This document shows, piece after piece, positions 56,519 to 64,000 of a DNA stretch of 64,000 nt. Origin of the DNA: the human T2T-CHM13v2.0 reference genome, Homo sapiens. The notes beneath the pieces are model-generated. The model had not been told where the DNA came from. It did no database searches and saw nothing but the letters and a program-made list of their open reading frames with translations. The stretch's first letter is position 1. Every line of letters starts with the position of its first letter. The position numbers and the translations under genes are program-made. The DNA is taken from positions 25,472,001 through 25,536,000 of the forward strand of contig CP068257.2 in assembly GCA_009914755.4 (NCBI GenBank), given 5' to 3'.

Positions 56519-56553
56519 TGGTGTGTGTGTGTGTGTGTGTCTGTGTGTGTGTG
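56519..56553. repeat. (GT)n microsatellite
   Basis: gtgtgtgtgtgtgtgtgtctgtgtgtgtgtgtg seen directly. Confidence 0.95.
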
Positions 56554-57147
56554 TGAATATATCTTCATTATCCCTAATGGATCCTTTTTTATGGCAATTT
56601 GCTTTTGTTTCATAAATTCAACATTAGCTTAATTAATTTCACTTGTTTTAAAGTCTTCTTCTGAGTGCTTTAGTATTATTTCCTTGTGTGTGAGTACTTT
56701 GGTTTGTTATTTGTTTATGTGGTCTTCATGCTTCTCAGATAATTTGGAATCATTGACCTTGAGCTTATCTTTGCGTTCACAATTCCTTAACAACTGCTTA
56801 CTGCTGTTTACTGCAGAGTTCACCAAAGTGAGTGAGAAAAAAATTACTTCTAGAGCTCTTGTTCCTCACTTTTTCAGTAAGATGAGAAATTGTTGGAACA
56901 ATAGCTTTACATCTGGTCTTCTTTATCTTCTCTCAGCTTTGCCTGGTTTAGACCTTTCACTGGGTGGTCCTTGTCAGTTACCTCTCTCTCACCCCAGCTT
57001 CCACCACCTCAAGATATAGAGATTTTTGAGATAATCCCACTTTATTTGGCATTGTTTTCCACAGGCTTGATCACCTGCCATTTTTCTCTTTGAATCTCAT
57101 CTTCTTCAACATTACATTATGAGTATAGGGTTAAGAAGCTATATAGT

Positions 57148-57538
<391 letters not shown>

Positions 57539-57588
57539 CTATAAAGATATCTGAGCTAAAAATAACATTTCTTTGTTTCTTTCTTTAG

Positions 57589-57685
57589 ACTGAGAAAACG
57601 TGGTCCTTTTGTCGGTAAAAGAGTTTGGTATAACAACATCAATGCATGCGGGAATTGTTCCTTTCTGCCTAAAGTACAGTTTTGG
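57589..57685 (+). other. Candidate internal exon (97 nt) of an unidentified transcript. Weak call.
   Basis: Upstream polypyrimidine tract and acceptor (aacatttctttgtttctttctttAG|AC...), downstream consensus donor (..TTTGG|GTAAGTtat). One of three frames is open over all 32 codons (LRKRGPFVGKRVWYNNINACGNCSFLPKVQFW). There are three CpG dinucleotides (acgtgg, gtcggt, gcggga) in an otherwise CpG-poor AT-rich neighbourhood. No homology was recognised. Confidence 0.25.
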
Positions 57686-59059
57686 GTAAGTTATTCAGTG
57701 TTTACTGGATGTCTACTCTGGTTAGAATATTGTCATAGTAGAAGAAAAAAAATCTCTTATTAGAAATCAACTTAGAGCCTAAGAACATTGGATCTTTAAA
57801 CAATTGGTTTAAGCAAGTTCTTTAGGAGAAAAACAGTGTCTTTCATCTACAAATGTTAATTTCAATTCCACCTTTATATGATCTGAGGGAACAGATAATG
57901 GCAACATTAAAAGAGAATGTTCTTTAGGTTTTACTTAAGCAAATGCTGATAGAAAAGATTTAAGTAAATAGGAAATGACTTGACCATTAGCATGATTGTA
58001 TTTTAAATAGCCGTTAGTTTTAGAGAGCACTCACCAATAAATAGCAAAACGTACCCCTGTAATTTATAAATTCTCTGTCTTTCCTCTGGTGAAGTATAAA
58101 ACTCACTTTTGTTCCCTTATTTCAGTGCTTTACAGAGTTAATAAAATAATGACCTTCCCCACCCTTCATTTTAAGATCATAACTAGTGTAGAAGTTTCCA
58201 TTGAAATTGTTAGATTTTTCTTTTTTTTCAGTTCACTGGATATGATCTTTGGCCTGGTTTTGATGTTACTCATTTGTTTTTGGATCAACTTTTACCATGT
58301 GGCTGAGATTTTTTGTGTTGTTGTAATAATACTAAGTTACATCACTGCTCTTCTGAAAAGTAGAACTGAATGAAAATTAAACCTTAAAAAACACTATGTT
58401 TGAGCAATGTTAAACATCTGCCTTGAACTTACAAGGGCAGGGCAGGGCAGGGCACAGCTTTTTTTTTGTAACTTAAGTCCTGAGTTGATCTGGTTTTTAA
58501 ATAACTATCAGCTCTAAAATACAAGTGTCCGGGCATGTAAATGCAATTAATTTTATTTTAGTTTATAGCTAGAATTTTTAAAAAGTTAAATCTCTTAAGA
58601 GAATTTTTAACTTCTTAGAGGAACATATTAGGGCTTAGCATGATGTTTAATTGTCCTGTTTAAATATTCTGTCTTTAGTCAGCCTTTGGGCAAATTACAT
58701 GTTATCATTTTCCCAGACAATACTTAACTCAATCATTTGCACTCTTATTTAAAAATGTGAATGAATTACTGACATATCATTGACACCTTGCTTTTATATG
58801 GGAAATTTGACTGAAAATTTCATAGGTGTTGCCATGAAACGGGCATTATTGTGGCAAAAATGAAGTTTTCCCATAAACTTAAGACCCTCTTCACCTTATT
58901 TTCTCCACCTCCCAAGGAGTGAAAAGTTGTTAGTTTTGCTATCACTATATAAATTTTAATCAGGGCCTGTTTGTTAGTATTAAATGGAATTCACATCAAA
59001 TATAAACTGGTCTTTTGGTTTAATAGTTAAGAGTTTATTTTTACTATTTAGTTTAATAG

Positions 59060-59435
<376 letters not shown>

Positions 59436-60867
59436 TAAAAAAAAATACTGTGTATTAGAGAATCTTGAAATCAAGGGAAATTTTAAATTGACAATACTGA
59501 TTACTTTTTGGCAAAAATGTCAAAGTTTTATGGTCTTACAAAAAGATATGATTGACTAGGAGGCCAAAGTAGTCAGTGGAAATAGCAATGAGTTTTGAAA
59601 CCAACAACAAAAGAAAATGACCAGTGAAAGTAACCAAGCCAAAAAAAATTGAAGTTAAAGTAGTTTTCTCATGGTGCACACCCATGAAATAGCTTTGTCA
59701 TGATTTTATATTGGCAAGTGTTTCATCAAGATCATAATGAGGTAAGAGGATAGACACTGCTTGAGAACTGCACTGATATTATCAGCCATTTTCCCTTTTA
59801 AATAGTCTAGTTTTGGAAAGTAATATTAGAAAACTTATAAATCCTCAGTTTAATATTTTAGTAAATATTTGTCAATTACAGAATTTTAGAAAATGACTTG
59901 AAAGGATTTATTTTTGTTTACAAATTACTCCTTTTCAAATAACAAAATTGAGACAGTGAAATGCTTTGCATTATATTTCCATGACAGCTCCATGAGATAG
60001 ATAGGCAAGTTTATCATCCATATTTTACAGTTGGAAAAACTGAAACAGGTAAGTTAAGCAACATGACCAAGATGGCACAACTCGGGAGGGTGAAGTAGGG
60101 AAAAGAACAGCACAACCTCTCTGAGACAATCCTCTGTACCATGTCTATACTGCGTACCAGTGCCTGAGTTCATCGCAGGAGGAAGACGTGGGCAAGTAGG
60201 GCAGTTGATCTGTTGGGGGAAGGAGGAAGAAAGGGATTGTTTGTTTGATCTAGGGGCAAACTAATGTAAATTGGCATAAGATCATGGAGGGAGTGGAATG
60301 CTTATGGTAAAAATTTTGAATCTAATTTTGTAGGCAAGGAAAAGGCAGGCTTAGGCTATCTCTGAGCCGACAGAATAGCTTTATTCTAGGTTTGGAACTA
60401 GGTGTCTGGTAGTTGAGAATAAATTAATATTGGTCAATAGAGGCTTTATCCAGAAATAAGCAATTATTTCTTTATTGAATAATTCTACAAACAGTCGTCA
60501 GATTTACTTTGTAAAATCATATGTCCTTGAAGGCTATACATGAATTGATTTTTATTTGAAATTGTTAAAGAGAATATGCCTACTTGAAAAAGCTTATCAG
60601 CTGCCATTTTTTGTTCCAAAATAACAAATTAAAAATTTACATTGAAGTTTTGTCTTGTTTGCAAACCTCTCAGCTAGGGTTCTACGCAAAATAAATAGAA
60701 AGGAACAAGTTACTGAAGCCTTCACTAAACAGTAATTGAAAAATATTTATGGCATTTGAAAGATGTTTTAAAATGTATTTTGTAGCTCAAAGTGCCATAA
60801 ATTAGAAATATGAAAATAAAGAAAATAGAATGGTATGTAGAAAGTAAAGAGCATAAGCTTTTATTTT

Positions 60868-61174
60868 TAATTTATTTTATTTTAATTTATTTTATTTTAT
60901 TTTTTTGAGATGGAGTCTCACTCTGTCACATAGGCTGGAGTACAGTGGCGTGATCTCGGCTCATTGCAACCTCCGCCTCAGCCTCCCAAGTAGCTGGGAC
61001 TACAGGTGCGTGCCACCATGCGTGGCTAATTTTTTTTTTTTTTTGTAGTTTTAGTAAAGACAGACAGGGTTTCACTGTATTAGCCAGGATGGTCTCTATC
61101 TCCTGACCTCGTGATCCTCCTGCCTCGACCTCCGAAAGTGCTGGGATTATAGGCATGAGCCACCGCACCCGGCC
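60868..61174 (-). mobile_element. Alu SINE with an internal deletion (about 25 nt of the right arm) and a tail converted to an (ATTTT/TTTTA)n microsatellite
   Basis: (ttttaatttattttattttaatttattttattttatttttt)gagatggagtctcactctgtcacataggctggagtacagtggcgtgatctcggctcattgcaacctccgcctcagcctcccaagtagctgggactacaggtgcgtgccaccatgcgtggctaa...ccgaaagtgctgggattataggcatgagccaccgcacccggcc. Perfect 12-bp TSD agcttttatttt at 60856-60867 and 61175-61186. Confidence 0.93.
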
Positions 61175-62100
61175 AGCTTTTATTTTCTGTATTTACGTTT
61201 CTCTTTAAACAATAAATTCATTACCCTTTGTTACTTGGAAGGCTATATATTTTATATTTCCAGTGAAATAAATAATTACATTTAATATCAAATAACAATT
61301 TTTCTCCAAAAAGATTTAAATCTAGCTTACCACCTAAATTTAATATAAAGGAACTTATAAACACAGTTTGATCAAATCATAGCTAGAAAACTAGGGAAAT
61401 AATGGAGGAATTCTAAAATCTCTAGTGTTAATATGCTTGTATTCATGATTTCAAGTACTTATATGAATGTTTGAATGAGAAAACTTATGCAATTGCCCCA
61501 ATTCCACGTACTAATGTCAAGTTATTTTTAATATTTTGCTTACATTTGTTTAAATTGTTAAATATTTGAAAATGAAAATATTTTATTATATTATAAAGAT
61601 AGTATGCAATTATGAACAATATTCAAGTAATGTGAAAAAGTATAACATATAAGATTAATTAATGAAATCTTCATACTCATAGATAAGCACTCAGTTTTTT
61701 GATGAACAATTTCCGACATCTTTTTCTGCATAAAGAGAAATAAGCATATAAACATGTTATATAAATAATATCACTCTATTTTTTAAACTACATTTTCATT
61801 CAACATTGTTATAAATATCAATTAAAGTATTTTCATATAAAATGTTTTGCCTTCACAATATATTATTTCAATAATCTTATATTGATAGATATCATTGCAT
61901 TTTCATAATTTTGATAATATAAACAATGATGCAATTAATATATTTAACTTACCTTTGTTGTGCCAGTTCAATTATCTGTTAAGAAAAATACCCAAAATGA
62001 AATTGCTGGATCAAATAATATATACATTTTTAATTTGAATCACAATATATTTAACATTTATAAATGTTCAAAAAACTCACATAAAAAGTAACAAGTTTTT

Positions 62101-63271
62101 TGTTTGTTTTTTTGTTTTATTATTATACTTTAAGTTTTAGGGTACATGTGCACAACGTGCAGGTTTGTTACATATGTATACATGTGCCATGTTGGTGTGC
62201 TGCACCCATTAACTCGTCATTTAGCATTAGGTATATCTCCTAATGCTATCCCTCCCCTCTCCACCCACCCCACAACAGTCCCCGGTGTGTGATGTTCCCC
62301 TTCCTGTGTCCATGTGTTCTCATTGTTCAATTCCCACCTATGAGCGAGAACATATGGTGTTTGGTTTTTTGTCCTTGCGATAGTTTGCTGAGAATGATGG
62401 TTTCCAGCTTCATCCATGTCCCTACAAAGGACATGAATTCATCATTTTTTATGGCTGCATAGTATTCCATGGTGTATATGTGCCACATTTTCTTAATCCA
62501 GTCTATCATTATTGGACATTTGGGTTGGTTCCAAGTCTTTGCTATTGTGAATAGTGCCGCAATGAACATACGTGTGCATGTGTCTTTACAGCAGCATGAT
62601 TTATAATCCTTTGAGTATATACCCAGTAATGGGATGGCTGGGTCAAATGGTATTTCTAGTTCTAGATCCCTGAGGAATCACCACACCGACTTCCACAATG
62701 GTTGAACTAGTTTACAGTCCCACCAATGGTGTAAAAGTGTTCCTATTTCTCCACATCCTCTCCAGCACCTGTTGTTTCCTGACTTTTTAATGATTGCCAT
62801 TCTAACTGGTGTGAGATGGTATCTCATTGTGGTTTTGATTTGCATTTCTCTGATGGCCAGTGATGATGAGCATTTTTTCATGTGTCTTTTGGCTGCATAA
62901 ATGTCTTCTTTTGAGAAGTGTCTGTTCATATCCTTTGCCCACTTTTTGATGGGGTTGTTTGATTTTTTCTTGTAAATTTGTTTGACTTCATTGTAGATTC
63001 TGGATATTAGCCCTTTGTCTGATAAGTAGGTTGCGAAAATTTTCTCCCATTCTGTAGATTGCCTGTTCACTCTAATGGTGGTTTCTTTTGCTGTGCAGAA
63101 GCTCTTTAGTTTAATTAGATCCCATTTGTCAATTTTGGCTTTTGTTGCTATGGCTTTTGGTGTTTTAGACATGAAGTCCTTGCCCATGCCTATGTCCTGA
63201 ATGGTATTGCCTAGGTTTTCTTCTAGGGTTTTTATGATTTTAGGTCTAACATGTAAGTCTTTAATCCATCA
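62101..63271 (-). mobile_element. Young primate-specific L1 (L1PA2-L1PA4-like), 5'-truncated 3' fragment of about 1.17 kb: ORF2 C-terminus plus 3'UTR and a short poly(A)
   Basis: The plus strand reads the reverse complement of the L1 3' end (..tttattattatactttaagttttagggtacatgtgcacaacgtgcaggtttgttacatatgtatacatgtgccatgttggtgtgctgcacccattaactcgtcatttagcattaggtatatctcctaatgctatccctcccc...). The minus ORF 62678-63187 is an uninterrupted 169-aa ORF2 tail (..[126 protein letters not shown]). Perfect 17-bp TSD aaaaagtaacaagtttt at 62084-62100 and 63272-63288. 3'UTR diagnostic stretches (aacaaacctgcacgttgtgcacatgtaccctaaaacttaaagtataat) look closer to L1PA2/3 than to L1HS. Confidence 0.92.
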
Positions 63272-64000
63272 AAAAGTAACAAGTTTTAAAAACTGTTCTT
63301 TTCCAGTTTTGCAATGTGAAATATAATTAAGTTAAATTATCCTAACAAGGACTTGGAAGTGGGGTCTTTGAAATTAATGAATAATTCTATATTTATTCCT
63401 AGAAATTAACTTTGGGCAAGTATACTTTATACATTCTCCTTATTATTTTTCTTATTGCTTATTTTTTCATTATAATTCAAGTAATAAAGACCTAGATAAT
63501 TTTATAATTATGTATCTATGTGGTTTCATTTTTTAAATGACATTTAAAAATTAAGAAACTTCACAGAATGCTTAACATTTGACAAATATGTTTCAAAAAT
63601 GAAAACAATCTTGAGTATTCTTCTAGGTCATTTTTCCACAGATACATTTCATAATACTGTACTAAAATCAAATTTAATTTGTTAGATTTCAGTGTTTTAG
63701 GGTCTTACTTTGCAGCTGCAAATGGTAACCTCTCAGCTGCTTTGACGAATTCATGGGAGTTGGCCTGCCAAATGGTCTGATAAATCACTGTTCAGTCTGG
63801 ATAAAAGCAAGGACTAAAATGTTCATTTGTAAGGATCCTGCAAAACAACTGAAACCAACTTGATTCTTGATTCTTACCAATATCTCATTTGTCCACTTCT
63901 TTTCAATTAACTCCCTGCTCAGACATGTATACCCAATTACAATTTGGTAAAGGAAAGGAGCATTATTATCTGTAGCTTCACACATTGTATACTAAACAAG

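Noticed and set aside
62678-63187. 169-aa minus-strand ORF
   Set aside because: It is the C-terminal part of L1 ORF2 ([27 protein letters not shown]... motif) inside a 5'-truncated L1. It is not a cellular gene and cannot encode a functional protein on its own.

Overview
The window reads as primate (almost certainly human or great-ape) nuclear DNA from an AT-rich, gene-poor region. The ORF-track entries are spurious or transposon-derived, and nothing prokaryote-like is present (no operons, CRISPR, rRNA or tRNA). I did not find a novel multi-gene system, and I doubt one exists here.

Most of the window is interspersed repeats. There are about 15 Alu insertions (AluY/S-like to old AluJ-like), many with visible target-site duplications (TSDs). 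One young L1PA-type 3' fragment on the minus strand (62101-63271) has a 17-bp TSD. An older L1 copy (48897-49925) has the 5'-inversion topology of twin priming and carries two later Alus. A full-length THE1-type MaLR retrotransposon (9441-11711, minus) has both LTRs and a perfect 5-bp TSD (CTGAG). Two further THE1 LTRs, four MLT1-like LTRs and MIR relics are also present. DNA transposons are represented by an Hsmar1 mariner copy (43272-44518) with a recognisable transposase remnant and one MADE1 MITE. Several microsatellites occur, including a compound (TCTA)n tetranucleotide STR.

The only gene-derived sequence I can support is a near full-length, intronless processed pseudogene of glutathione peroxidase 1 (GPX1) on the minus strand (about 29533-30408). 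It has a poly(A) tail and a 13-bp TSD, and is disabled by ATG->CTG, a TAT->TAA nonsense change and frameshifts. Its selenocysteine TGA codon has changed to GGA.

One short segment (57589-57685) has good splice-site context and one open frame. I flag it only as a candidate exon.

All family assignments come from my own recognition of consensus motifs in the sequence. No database search was run.
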